Source: a virus
IMG/VR virus record: IMGVR_UViG_3300049188_000051
DNA length: 41,676 nt
Reading direction: 5' to 3' (one strand)
The notes under the pieces are model-generated. The model saw nothing but the letters and a program-made list of their open reading frames with translations, did no database searches and was not told the DNA's origin. Below are positions 20,817 through 30,678 of the stretch, one piece after another; the stretch's first letter is position 1, and each line of letters starts with the position of its first letter. The translations under genes were made by a program, and so were the position numbers.

Positions 20817-23000
20817 TCAGTTGCTCGACATGATTAGCCAGTTGGTGCCGTCGCTTTGCAGCTCGCACCACTTGCCGACAGTGGCCGCCAAGATGGACGC
20901 TGACAGCGCCCCGCCGCCGATGGGCGAGACGTTGGCGCTTGCGGAGTTGATGGCGAAGGCGGCGGTATTGCGGAAGCTCAGCACACGCCCCGGGTAGGCA
21001 GCCGGGCTCGGCAGCGTGACGGTACATGTCGCTGAGGTGAAGAAGGACAGTGCCGCGTCCGTGCCGGCCACCGTGTAGGTGGCGGCTGTGATGCTCTTGA
21101 CCACCGACGTGATGAGATACGTCGGGATGTTCTTGGAGACCGTGATTCGATCAGGGCCTCCCGAGCAGCGGTTGCCGAAGTCGAAACCCTCGTCCCCGGT
21201 CGTCGGGTCCGCGCCTGTCACGCCGGAGTGCAGATAGTTGTACGTGTAGGCAGCAGTGGCGTTCGCGATGTTGTTGCTGCTGCTGTTGATGCCGTCGCCC
21301 TGGACGAGCATGTCGAAGATCTGAAACGCGTGCACAGCCGGGAAGGCACAGCAGTCCTTCGTGGAATTGCCCGTCACCGTGGCGCGCTTGGACTTGACGC
21401 TGATGCCGTGCGATCCCGAGCGCTCGGCGTAGTTGAGCGACATCGTGTCGCCCTCGCCGTTGATCGTGAAGGTGGTGTGGCGGCAGTTGCGTGACGTGTT
21501 GCCGTAGCACTGGTTGGCCGTGTAGACGCCCGGGTCGGCGACGTTGTAGTAGCTCTGCAGGTCGAAGCCGTCGTAGAACGCGTCCTGCGAGTGGTTGCCG
21601 AAGATCCGGCACCGCTTGCTGATGACGTCGGTCGTGTTGGTGCCGTCGTACTGGTAGGACTTGTAGTTGCTCTCGCCGTTGAGCCTGGAGTCATTGCCGT
21701 AGCACTCCAGTTCGTCCTGCGCCCACCACAGGATGCCGCACTGGCTGGCGTAACGGACGCGGTTGTTGATGATGCGGTTGCGAGCGCCGCGCGCCAGCGT
21801 CTGGCCGTTCAGGAAGTTGATGCCTTCGCGCGGGCCGGCGCCGAAGTCGCAGCCCGACACCTCGGAGTCGCTGTAGCCCTCCAGCTGGATCAGCACAGCC
21901 CGGCCTGTGATGCCGCTGATCTGCACATCACGGCGCGCCGTCAGGCCCGTGCTGCTCTTGAAGATGATGCCGGGGTTGATGGTCTTGTTCGCGCTCTGGT
22001 TCTGGATGGCGCCAGAGAGAGACGCCCAAATGTCGGTGTCGAGCGCAGATGGCTGATAGCCCTCCAGCGACTGCACCACATCGCCGGCCACGTTGACCCA
22101 GGTCGTCGTGTTGCGCAGCAGCGTGTAAGGCGTCGTGATCGGCATCAGGTTGAGATTGCGGATGCGGCTGCCGTCACCGTCCGTGATCTCGAAACACGTC
22201 ACGTCGCTGTTGATCGTGCAATCCTCGCCGAGGATGTCCACGGCGCCGGTGTATGTGACCTTGGACAGCAGCTTGAAGGTGCCGCGCATGGCCAGCGGGA
22301 TGCCGAGCGCCAGAGCCGCCGCCAGGGCGGTGCTGCAATCCGTCGCGCCGGTGTTGTCCACGCCCAGCAGCCGCACGTCGATGCGGTGCTGCTTGAGCGC
22401 GTAGCCAACGGTGCCGCTGGCGTATGCCATGGCGTATGCGAATCCGACAAGCGCCGGGCCCTTGGTGGCGCTGGCGGTGTTGGCGAGGTCGAGGGCGAGG
22501 GCGGCGGCGCTGCCGCTGACAGGCGCGACCAAACTGACCCGGCCGTCAGAGTCAAAGCCAAGAAGCAGGTTGGCGCGAGAGGCGGCGGCCGGCAATGTCG
22601 AGCCATCGGCATCAGACGGTGAGAACACCAGCGCGCGACCGACGATCTCCAGGGCCTGCTGGACCAGCTGCGTCAGACGGTCCAGCCCGATCTCGACGGT
22701 TGCGGCCGGGAAGTCGTCGCCGTCAGTGAAGTCGTGGGTCTGCAGCGGCTGAACGTCGCGCAATACCGTGATGGTGCCGCCCGACGGATAGGCGATGGTC
22801 GTCGTGACGGTGCCTGTCGGATCGCCCGCACCCGTCACCGAATAGTCGACGTCCAGCACCAGTTCGGTTTCGTTGCCGTCGGCGTCGGTGTGGATGAGGG
22901 ACAGGTCGCCGCTCTCGATGAAGTAGAACGGCACCGTCCACGGGCCGGTCGTCCCGTTGGTGTTGTACTGTGCCCGGGAGACGGTGGTTTCGACGGTCAT
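20817..23000 (-). CDS. Tail fibre/tailspike with a right-handed beta-helix (pectate-lyase-like) central domain (727 aa)
   Basis: Track ORF. The podovirus-type N-terminal adaptor is VSRAQYNTNGTTGPWTVPFYFIESGDLSLIHTDADGNETELVLDVDYSV. The central domain has repetitive beta-helix-like segments. C-terminus ...WCELQSDGTNWLIMSSN. Confidence 0.8.
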   Translation of the reverse strand: MTVETTVSRAQYNTNGTTGPWTVPFYFIESGDLSLIHTDADGNETELVLDVDYSVTGAGDPTGTVTTTIAYPSGGTITVLRDVQPLQTHDFTDGDDFPAATVEIGLDRLTQLVQQALEIVGRALVFSPSDADGSTLPAAASRANLLLGFDSDGRVSLVAPVSGSAAALALDLANTASATKGPALVGFAYAMAYASGTVGYALKQHRIDVRLLGVDNTGATDCSTALAAALALGIPLAMRGTFKLLSKVTYTGAVDILGEDCTINSDVTCFEITDGDGSRIRNLNLMPITTPYTLLRNTTTWVNVAGDVVQSLEGYQPSALDTDIWASLSGAIQNQSANKTINPGIIFKSSTGLTARRDVQISGITGRAVLIQLEGYSDSEVSGCDFGAGPREGINFLNGQTLARGARNRIINNRVRYASQCGILWWAQDELECYGNDSRLNGESNYKSYQYDGTNTTDVISKRCRIFGNHSQDAFYDGFDLQSYYNVADPGVYTANQCYGNTSRNCRHTTFTINGEGDTMSLNYAERSGSHGISVKSKRATVTGNSTKDCCAFPAVHAFQIFDMLVQGDGINSSSNNIANATAAYTYNYLHSGVTGADPTTGDEGFDFGNRCSGGPDRITVSKNIPTYLITSVVKSITAATYTVAGTDAALSFFTSATCTVTLPSPAAYPGRVLSFRNTAAFAINSASANVSPIGGGALSASILAATVGKWCELQSDGTNWLIMSSN

Positions 23001-23022
23001 GCGCGCGGCCCTCTAAGACCGC

Positions 23023-23060
23023 GGCATGGTCTTGGCTGGGGCGGCGAACGTTTTTCCCTA
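23023..23060 (-). promoter_or_regulatory. Late box copy 3 (upstream of the tail fibre gene)
   Basis: Minus strand: TAGGGAAAAACGTTCGCC-N11-GACCATGCC. The TAG is the stop of the 834-aa gene. Confidence 0.5.
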
Positions 23061-25562
23061 GCGGCTGGGGGCGATCAGCCACTCCTGGCCGTTCTTCTCC
23101 GCATCGCGCTGCATGCGCCGCAGGTAGCCCGGCGAGAGCATGTCCTGGATCTGGTACAGCACCATGTAGTTCAGCACTGGCCGGACGTAGAAGAGGTTCA
23201 TGAATGGCGTGTTGTTCAGCACCTCGCCGAACGCACGGGCCGACACGTCGTCGCCTTCCAGTGCCTTGTGGTAGAGGTCGACGATGCGGCCGGCGCTGCT
23301 GACCACCGGGCCGGCCAGGCTCTCGATGGTGCCGGAACCCATGCGGTTGGCGGCGCCGAACAGGAAGTCGCCGTAGATGCCGGCGCCCCCACCCTGCACC
23401 ATCGCCGCCAGCATGACCTTCAGCGCCTGGCCGTCCTCGGTGGGGTCGCGCGGCGTCTTGCCCTTGGCAATGTCCTTCAGCGACATCGAGGCGTAGCCCA
23501 TCAGCGTAGACATCGCAATCAGCCGGGCCAGGCCCTGCAACTCACCGTTGCCGTTGCGCAGTGCGCCGATGAGGCTGTCGCCCTCGTAGCCGCGGCCGTA
23601 GACCTCGCGACCCAGGACGCGCTGCGTGTAGGCGCCAGTGAAGCTCTTGAACTGCATGGCGAAGCGCATGAACTCGCCGGTCCAGGTGCCGGGCCGCGTG
23701 CCCTGCAACACGATGGCCCGCGTCTTGGCGTCGGGCTCTAGCGCGAGGGTGCTGGTCTGGTCGACGAAGTAGGTGCGCAGCTTGTCCTCGATGTCGCGCC
23801 GCGCGCGCGCCAGCTCGCCGTCGGTCGCGCCGGCGCCGACGTAGCCGCGCATGACCGCCTCGTCCACGTCGCGCAGCGCCTCCGGCACGATGTAAGCCTT
23901 ACCGTCGACGTGCTTCTCGGCGGTCTTGGCGATGACACTCCACTCGGCCTCCCCGATGCCATAGAGGCCGAGCACGCGCTGATACTCGCCGCCTATCTCG
24001 GCGAAGGACTTGCCAGCCTGCAGCGCCATGTGGTGCGACATGCCGAAGGCGGCCGACGTGCGCATGCGGCTCTGCCACCACTGGCTGCCGTTCCACTTCA
24101 TGAAGGTGGCCATGACGCGGGACATCGAGCCCGCCTCGGCGAACGATCCCACGCGGCCGAGCTCGCCGGCCATGTTGTCGAGTACGACGCCGAGGGACGC
24201 GGCCAGCTCGCGGCGCTCCGGCGCGCTGAGGCTGCGGCCCAGGCCGCCGACGGCTTCGGCCATGCCGCTGAAGAAGCCGCGGCCCTGGTAGCGCGCGCCG
24301 CTGGCGTAGACGGCCACGTCGTTGAGCTGGGACAGCAGCATGCCGCCGAGCTTGGACAGCGACTCCCAGCTGCGCACGTTGGCCGCGCGTCGGGCCCACA
24401 TGGCATTGCCGGCGATGTTCATGGAGCCGTCCACGGCCGACAGGTAGCGGTCGTGCGCGCCGCGGGCATCGCCCAGCTTCGTGACGGCCTCGACGTTGCC
24501 GGCCTCCTTGGCGGCAAGCGTCAGGTCGCTGCGAATGGCATCGACCATGGCCGTGGGGTTGGTTCCCAGCATCTGCATGATGCCGGTGGCCTGCGCGCTT
24601 CGCTCCAGCCCCTGCAGCACGCTCTCGCGCAGGTTGCCGGCGCCGAATGCCTGGTTGTAGTCGAACCAGTCGTCCGCGCTCTTGAAGATCACCGAGCGCG
24701 ACTGCGACAGCTTCTTGGCCAGGTTGGCCGGCCCCTTGAAACCGCTGGCGACGTCGTCTGGCACGGCCTTCATGTGGTTGCCGCTGGCCAGATTCGTCCA
24801 GAGCGCGCGCAGCACCTTGTCGGCGTCGGTGGCGCCGCTGAGCGCCATCATCTGCGGCAGGTCGAAAGTGCGCCGGGCCAGATCGGCCCAGGCCTGAAAG
24901 CCGGCGTCACCGCCCTCGCCGCGCACCTTCTCGGGCACGTGGCTCTGCCGAGTGATGTAGTCGTCGCGCTGGCCGATCCAGGCGCCAGCGCGGTTGGCGT
25001 CGGTGCGCGTGACCTCCTGCCACTTCGCCACGATGCGGGCGATATCGACGGCCTCGGACGGCACATTGGACAGGTCGGCGCCGTCGCGGCGGATCAGGTA
25101 CAGCGCGCGCGCCACGTCGCGGTCCAGCGCGCCGGAGGCGAACAGGGCGCCGTGGCCGCTGGCCTCCAGGTCGTGCGTGAAGCCGGCCAGGTACTGCGCC
25201 TTCAGCGACTCCTGCGTCGAGGCCACGCTGAGCCGGGCGCCCTGCTTCGCGCGCTGCGTGCCAACCAGCATGGAATCGATGCCGAGCGCCACGTTCTTGC
25301 CGAAGTGCTGCTGCACCCAGCCCGCGCGCTGGAGCCGCTTGGCGGCGTTCATGGCGGCATTGCGCTTCTCGACGAAGGCGGCCATCTCGACCTGATCGGC
25401 GACCTCCTGGCCGGCCTTCAGCCTGGCGTCTGCTTCACTGAGGCCGTCGCGGACCATCACGTAACGCGTGCGTGCCTCGATGGCCTCCTCCAGCGCCGCC
25501 AGCTCGGTCGCCGACAGCGGCGAGCCCTCGGCGGCGTTGACCTTCTCGAAACAATCGCTCAT
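23058..25562 (-). CDS. Internal virion / ejection protein (834 aa)
   Basis: Track ORF 23058..25577 (TTG). ATG 25562 overlaps the upstream stop (ATGA). Its position corresponds to the T7 gp16-like block. Confidence 0.6.
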   Translation of the reverse strand: MSDCFEKVNAAEGSPLSATELAALEEAIEARTRYVMVRDGLSEADARLKAGQEVADQVEMAAFVEKRNAAMNAAKRLQRAGWVQQHFGKNVALGIDSMLVGTQRAKQGARLSVASTQESLKAQYLAGFTHDLEASGHGALFASGALDRDVARALYLIRRDGADLSNVPSEAVDIARIVAKWQEVTRTDANRAGAWIGQRDDYITRQSHVPEKVRGEGGDAGFQAWADLARRTFDLPQMMALSGATDADKVLRALWTNLASGNHMKAVPDDVASGFKGPANLAKKLSQSRSVIFKSADDWFDYNQAFGAGNLRESVLQGLERSAQATGIMQMLGTNPTAMVDAIRSDLTLAAKEAGNVEAVTKLGDARGAHDRYLSAVDGSMNIAGNAMWARRAANVRSWESLSKLGGMLLSQLNDVAVYASGARYQGRGFFSGMAEAVGGLGRSLSAPERRELAASLGVVLDNMAGELGRVGSFAEAGSMSRVMATFMKWNGSQWWQSRMRTSAAFGMSHHMALQAGKSFAEIGGEYQRVLGLYGIGEAEWSVIAKTAEKHVDGKAYIVPEALRDVDEAVMRGYVGAGATDGELARARRDIEDKLRTYFVDQTSTLALEPDAKTRAIVLQGTRPGTWTGEFMRFAMQFKSFTGAYTQRVLGREVYGRGYEGDSLIGALRNGNGELQGLARLIAMSTLMGYASMSLKDIAKGKTPRDPTEDGQALKVMLAAMVQGGGAGIYGDFLFGAANRMGSGTIESLAGPVVSSAGRIVDLYHKALEGDDVSARAFGEVLNNTPFMNLFYVRPVLNYMVLYQIQDMLSPGYLRRMQRDAEKNGQEWLIAPSR

Positions 25563-27373
25563 GTCCTGATCCCACAAATGGCGGCGATGCGCGACACCTC
25601 GCCGATGGCCCTGGCGCGCTTCACCTCGTCGTCGAAGGCGGCCAGACCCGCGATGCGGTCCAGGCTTTCGCGCGGGATGCCGTTGGCCTCGAGGTTGCGC
25701 ACGAGGTCGTCCAGTCGCTGCAGGTCAGCCTCCAGCTCCTTCTCGATCTCCAGCGGCTCGCGGCGCTCCTTGCTGGCCGCAGCCTCGGATGCCTCGCGGC
25801 TGCCAAGGAAGGCAGCGTCGGGCTCGCGCTGCAGACGCGCCGCCCGCGCAACCTCCTGCGGCGTCGTGCGGTTGCCGATTAGGCCCGGGTCGGACCGTAC
25901 CAGCGCCTCGACAGAGGGCAGCCGGCCCGCTGCGAAGTCGGCCACCGCGGCGCGCATGGCAGCCTCGCGGGTCTCTGGCTGGGCCATGCCGATGACGAAT
26001 GCGGCCGGCGGCTCGTCGGCGCCTGTGATGGCGCGCGCGATGTCGGCAGCGCCACGGATGCGTCCAGCTTCCTCGGCGACACGCTCGGCGAAGCGCTCCG
26101 GCGTCTCGCCGCGGTCCAGCGCGGCCAGTTGCTGCTCGGCCTGGGAGGCCTTGGCGTTGGCGTCGACAGTAGCCTGCAGCCGATCGCGCGTGGCCGTGAG
26201 GTCTGCGGCCTCTTCACCCAGTTGCTTGCGGGCGCTGGCCTCGGCCTGCTTGCGCGACTGGCCCTGGCCCTGGAACTCCTTGGCCAGGCGCTTGAAGTCG
26301 CCGTCACCCTGCAGCGTCTTCAGCCGCTGCTCGATCTGCGCCAGCTGCGTGCGGGTCTCGGCGATGACGCGCGGTTCTGCGCGCTGCCCGGCTTCGGCCA
26401 GCAGTTCGGCCCTGAAGGTCTCGCGTAGGCCGTCGCTCGCCCGGGCAGTGGCCGCCTCGGGCGTCATGTCGTACAGCCGCGCGAAGGGGGCTTCGCTGAC
26501 AACCGCCAGCCGCTGGCGCTCTGCCGGCTGCAGCACGCGCTGCTCAGCCACAGCCACCGGCACGGTGTCGCGCTGGCCCAGCCCCGCAGCGCGGCGCTGC
26601 AGATCTGAGAAGCCCGAGGCGTCCGTGAGCTTGCCGGCCTCGTAGTCCAGCACCTGGCGGATTTCCTTGGTGCCCAGGCCTGCGAACCGGCTGTACGGGT
26701 TGCCGCCGCCCAGGTGGTCGCCGATGGCGCCACCGACCGCATGCAGCCCACCGCCCAGCGCCGTGCCGAATGCCATGTTCAACAGGCTGTCTGTCAGGTG
26801 GTAGTCGTCCTGCATGGCTGTGCGCAGGCCGTAGGTCGGCAACTCCAGCGCCGCGGCGCCCGCGAAGCCCTCGGCGGCGCCAATGGCTGCCCGCGCGCCA
26901 GCCCTGGCCAGCGCCGACTCTCCGGCGTTGGCGAGTATGCTGGCCACGCGCGCCTCGCGCACCACCGGCATGAAGGCCGAGGCCACGTTTAGCGGGTCGG
27001 CCAGTCCAGCAAGCAGCATCGCGCCTCCGCGCACCGGCGTGCCGAGCCACGAGTAAGGCGTTGCCGCGTCGATCTCGCGGGCGAGCATCTGGTTGCGCTG
27101 GCGCTTGACGATGACGTCCACCGCCGACTGCGTGTAGCCGTCCGCCGGCGCCGAGTGCTTGACCCCGGCGTCCTTGAAAAGCTGGTTCGCCGCGTCCTGC
27201 GTGAGACGCGGCCCCTGGTTGGCTTGCTGCAACTCGGCGTAGTCGGCGATGACCGACGAGGCGTTGCCTGTGACGGCTGAACCGACGGCGCCAGCGAAGG
27301 ACAGTCGCGCCGAGGGCTGCAGCTCGCCGCGGCCGGCGAGGACGGCGGGAGAGGTGTCGACGTAGTAGGGCAT
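25559..27373 (-). CDS. Internal virion / ejection protein (604 aa)
   Basis: Internal ATG (MPYYVDTS) of track ORF 25559..27589. TGATG overlap with the upstream gene. Confidence 0.6.
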   Translation of the reverse strand: MPYYVDTSPAVLAGRGELQPSARLSFAGAVGSAVTGNASSVIADYAELQQANQGPRLTQDAANQLFKDAGVKHSAPADGYTQSAVDVIVKRQRNQMLAREIDAATPYSWLGTPVRGGAMLLAGLADPLNVASAFMPVVREARVASILANAGESALARAGARAAIGAAEGFAGAAALELPTYGLRTAMQDDYHLTDSLLNMAFGTALGGGLHAVGGAIGDHLGGGNPYSRFAGLGTKEIRQVLDYEAGKLTDASGFSDLQRRAAGLGQRDTVPVAVAEQRVLQPAERQRLAVVSEAPFARLYDMTPEAATARASDGLRETFRAELLAEAGQRAEPRVIAETRTQLAQIEQRLKTLQGDGDFKRLAKEFQGQGQSRKQAEASARKQLGEEAADLTATRDRLQATVDANAKASQAEQQLAALDRGETPERFAERVAEEAGRIRGAADIARAITGADEPPAAFVIGMAQPETREAAMRAAVADFAAGRLPSVEALVRSDPGLIGNRTTPQEVARAARLQREPDAAFLGSREASEAAASKERREPLEIEKELEADLQRLDDLVRNLEANGIPRESLDRIAGLAAFDDEVKRARAIGEVSRIAAICGIRT

Positions 27374-29592
27374 CAGCGGCGCGGGTTGAGTTCTTGCTGG
27401 CGCCGGCGCATCCACTCCTCTTGGCCCTCGCGCGTGTCGTCCACGGTCTTGGCGGTGGCGGCCTTGGTCGTGAGGTCGGCCCAGCTGCGCGCCACCGGCC
27501 GGCCGTCGGGCCCCAGCACCGCGTAGACGCCGCCGTCGGCGCCGCGCAGGCGCAGTTCCAGGCCGCTCTCGTCGCTGTTGGTGATCCACATCGCCCGAGT
27601 GCGCAGCACGTCGTCAGCCAGCAACTGCGGCGCGTCGCCGGCAAAGACCTTGGCCTGGCCGGTCTTCACCAACTCCTCGACCGCGGCATCGGTGCCGCGG
27701 CGGATGGCCGGCATGTCGACGGTCTTCGGCACGCGGTAGGTGTCGCCCCACTGGTACCGGCGGCCCATGGTCTCGGTGTAGGCCTGCTTGGCCGCAGCCT
27801 TGGCCGACTGACCGTTTCCCATGTAGTAGGTGGCCAGCTTCTCCGCTTGCTCCATCACCGTGGCCAGCGTTGAGCGGCCAGATGCACCCTGGGCCGCGAA
27901 GGTGCGCTGTGCCTCGTCGAACTGGGTCAACACGGCATCGCGCAAATCCTTGAGGTCGCCGGGCTTCACCAGCGCCTTGAGGTCGTCGGGCTTCATCTTC
28001 GCCACCTCGGCCATCCGCAGGCGGCTGGCATCGTTGGGCATGTTCGGGATGATCAGCGCCGCGGGCGGCAGCTTGTTGTCGCCGGCCAGCTGAGCGTAGA
28101 CCTGCGGCCAGTACTTGCCCCACGACTGTTCCAGCCCCTGGACCAGCTCGGCGGCATTGGCGCCGCCCTGGTTGAACTGGTCGCTGATGGCGTTGGCCTG
28201 CATGTTCGTCAACAGCTTGGGGCCGCGCGGCTTGTTGCCGGCGACGTCGTCGCGGATGACGCTGACGCCCAGCCTCTCCTGCTCGGCCATGCTGGTCGAG
28301 GCGTAGCGCTGGACGGCGTTGGCGATGGCCGCCTGTCGCGAGGTGGGCGAGCCGAACACGGTGCCGGGCGCGGACACCTCGCTCAGCACCTCATTCAGCT
28401 GGCGCTGCGCCTCCTGCACGCGTGGCGACGTGGCGGCGGCGTAGGCCGCGGGATCCGCGGCGATCTGCTTCTCGACCAGCTTCTGCGCCTGCTGGACGGC
28501 CTCGAACTTCTGGGCGTTGCCAGCGAATCCTGCGCCGGCCGCGGGCTTCTGTGCCTCGACGATCTGCGCGCGCTCGACGGCGCTGGCGGTGCGCATTTGC
28601 TGGATGGCGCCGCCGATCTCCAGGTAGTTGCCGACCTCTTGCTGCCACATGGCCGGGCCGCTGGCGCCGTGCAAGCGGGTGTACTCCTCGACCGTGGGTG
28701 CGACGTTGGGCGGCACGGCCACGCCTGCCATGACCATGGACTGCGTATCCTTCGTGCGCATGGCGACGTCGTAGCGGCCCTCTGCGGCGCGTCGGCTCAG
28801 TTCAGTGCGCGCCAGGTGAAGCGTCGACCGCAGGGCCTCGGGCGAGAGCTTGGACAGGATCGGGTCGTCCTTCACCGCCTTCTCGGCCTTGGCTGGGTCG
28901 CCGTTGCCGGCCCGGTCCAGCAGCTGCTGCGGCGAGTTCTCGGCCAGCGATGTGGCGGCGCCTGCGGCCAGCGTCTCGGACGCATGACGATCGAGCTCTG
29001 CCTTGGCCGCCTCCGGCAGCGACAGCGACTGCGCCAGTGCGCGGCGGCGGGCAAGCGCGTCGGCGAAGGCGGCCGGGTTCGCATAGACAAGGCGGCGGTC
29101 GTCGTCCAGGCCGGCGCTGAAGTCGGTCGCGATCTTCTTCTGCCGGTAGCCGGTCTCGGCGTTGTAGACCTGCTCGTTCAGCTGGCCGCGCATCCGCGCC
29201 AGCGCGCTTGCCAGCCTGGGCTTGGCCATCGAGCTCGCGGCCGTGTCCTCGTCCTTTGCCCAGGTGTCGAACTCCTTCAGCAGGGTGTCCGTGGCCCCGG
29301 CCAGCCCCTGCTCGGAACCCTCCAGCTCGCGCAGCCGCTCCTGCGCCCGTAACTGCAGGCGGCTCTGGGCGTTGATGATCTGGACGTCGGCCTCGTTGGC
29401 CTGCTGGCGTTGCTGCTTCTCCTCGCGGATCTGGCGCTCGCGATCGGCGTCGCGCTGGCCGATGGACACGGCCGAGGTCACTATGTTGGCGATGCTCTGG
29501 GCGACGCCGGTGACGTTGTTGCGGCTGGCGTCGAGCGATGCATCGGGCAGCAGTGTGCGCGACTGGATCTGGGTGATGGGCAAGGACGGCAT
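27373..29592 (-). CDS. Internal virion / ejection protein, coiled-coil rich (739 aa)
   Basis: Track ORF. Position and size resemble T7 gp15. Confidence 0.6.
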   Translation of the reverse strand: MPSLPITQIQSRTLLPDASLDASRNNVTGVAQSIANIVTSAVSIGQRDADRERQIREEKQQRQQANEADVQIINAQSRLQLRAQERLRELEGSEQGLAGATDTLLKEFDTWAKDEDTAASSMAKPRLASALARMRGQLNEQVYNAETGYRQKKIATDFSAGLDDDRRLVYANPAAFADALARRRALAQSLSLPEAAKAELDRHASETLAAGAATSLAENSPQQLLDRAGNGDPAKAEKAVKDDPILSKLSPEALRSTLHLARTELSRRAAEGRYDVAMRTKDTQSMVMAGVAVPPNVAPTVEEYTRLHGASGPAMWQQEVGNYLEIGGAIQQMRTASAVERAQIVEAQKPAAGAGFAGNAQKFEAVQQAQKLVEKQIAADPAAYAAATSPRVQEAQRQLNEVLSEVSAPGTVFGSPTSRQAAIANAVQRYASTSMAEQERLGVSVIRDDVAGNKPRGPKLLTNMQANAISDQFNQGGANAAELVQGLEQSWGKYWPQVYAQLAGDNKLPPAALIIPNMPNDASRLRMAEVAKMKPDDLKALVKPGDLKDLRDAVLTQFDEAQRTFAAQGASGRSTLATVMEQAEKLATYYMGNGQSAKAAAKQAYTETMGRRYQWGDTYRVPKTVDMPAIRRGTDAAVEELVKTGQAKVFAGDAPQLLADDVLRTRAMWITNSDESGLELRLRGADGGVYAVLGPDGRPVARSWADLTTKAATAKTVDDTREGQEEWMRRRQQELNPRR

Positions 29593-30044
29593 CAGGTCTT
29601 CCCCCCGAGGCGACGGGCTCGCTTGCCGCCGAAGTAGGACACGCCGCCGCCAAAGAGCAGGCTGCCGCTCTTGCTGCCGTGGAACACCGGATCCAGCAGG
29701 TAGGCCAGCTTCTCCTGCTGGCGGGAGGTCTGCTCGTCCATGCGCCAGGCGTTCAAGTCGCCCTTGTAGCGCTCGGTCAGCGCGTCCAGTTCGCCCTCGC
29801 CTGCGCTCTCACCTTGCAGCTGCGCGATGGACCCGGAGTTCGGGTCGAAGCCAGACTGAGCGGCCGCAGCGCGTTGCTCGCCAAGGCGGCGGGCGTTGGC
29901 GCGGCGGATGCGGTCCTCGTTCGCGGAGGCGGTGCGGTAGCCGCCCTCCTTGGACTGCGCGGCGTCAACGCCAGCGCTGTTGGTGTCGTAGATGCCGCCC
30001 ATCATGCCGACACCTTGGCCGATCAGCTCCATGAAGCCGCTCAT
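29592..30044 (-). CDS. Small internal virion protein (150 aa)
   Basis: Track ORF. Gly-rich ends. Position resembles T7 gp14. Confidence 0.5.
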   Translation of the reverse strand: MSGFMELIGQGVGMMGGIYDTNSAGVDAAQSKEGGYRTASANEDRIRRANARRLGEQRAAAAQSGFDPNSGSIAQLQGESAGEGELDALTERYKGDLNAWRMDEQTSRQQEKLAYLLDPVFHGSKSGSLLFGGGVSYFGGKRARRLGGKT

Positions 30045-30454
30045 GCGATCCTCGCGTAGAGATAGGCATCGTGCCCGTTGGGTAGGTAGTGGCGCATTGG
30101 CTGGGGCGTCTCGCAGTTGAATCCCAGCAGCTCAGCCCACCGGCGGCCCTGGGCGAAGTTGGCGTCGACCGCCATCTCGATCCGGGCGAATGGTGTCCGG
30201 ATAAAGCCCGAACGCATTTCCCTGGTCAGCGCCAGCATGTGCGGGCCGGCGCGCTCGGACAGCAGCGCCCAGGCATAGGCGCGGCCGGCCCAAAGCTCGA
30301 TCAGCCCAGAGCAGCAGATCGGCTCGGCGTTGACCAGAAACGTCCAGGCCTGGCCCACGGGTGCATCGCGGTGCGATGCCAGCTCTTCGGCCTGCTGTCG
30401 CTGCACTCGCAAGTTCTGCAGGTCGCCAGGCATGAACGGGCGGACGTCGATCAC
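30041..30454 (-). CDS. GNAT-family N-acetyltransferase (137 aa)
   Basis: Track ORF (GTG, GTGA overlap). ARIEMAVDANFAQGRRWAELLGF resembles the GNAT beta4-alpha3 core. Confidence 0.55.
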   Translation of the reverse strand: MIDVRPFMPGDLQNLRVQRQQAEELASHRDAPVGQAWTFLVNAEPICCSGLIELWAGRAYAWALLSERAGPHMLALTREMRSGFIRTPFARIEMAVDANFAQGRRWAELLGFNCETPQPMRHYLPNGHDAYLYARIA

Positions 30455-30678
30455 CGTTCCTGCTCGTAGATGCGTCCGCCTCCGTAGCCACCGCCGCCCG
30501 GAGAGGGCGACGTGCGCGGCCCGGTGGGCGGTGCCGGCGCGATGCGCTTGAGGCGCGTCAGGTGCAGCAAGGCCCCACCGCCCTGCATGGCGTTGGCCCG
30601 CGGGCCGGTAGAGGCGGCGCCCAGGCCGCCCAGCACCAGCCGGCCCGACTCGATGTCGTCGCCAAGCGTCGGCTTCAC
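30451..30678 (-). CDS. Gly/Pro-rich small protein (75 aa)
   Basis: 3' end of track ORF 30451..32427. GTG 30678 overlaps the tail tubular B stop (GTGA), and its stop overlaps the GNAT start. High GC3 on hand translation. Confidence 0.45.
   Translation of the reverse strand: MKPTLGDDIESGRLVLGGLGAASTGPRANAMQGGGALLHLTRLKRIAPAPPTGPRTSPSPGGGGYGGGRIYEQER

Noticed and set aside
20817-23000. Diversity-generating retroelement (as in BPP-1) acting on the tail fibre
   Set aside because: There is no reverse transcriptase ORF, no Avd-like gene and no template/variable repeat pair visible anywhere in the window.
23910-26645. 911-aa plus-strand ORF
   Set aside because: It lies exactly antisense to the ejection-protein genes. 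The product is Arg/Ala/Gly/Leu-rich with no recognisable domain. This is the typical stop-free mirror frame of a GC-rich coding region.
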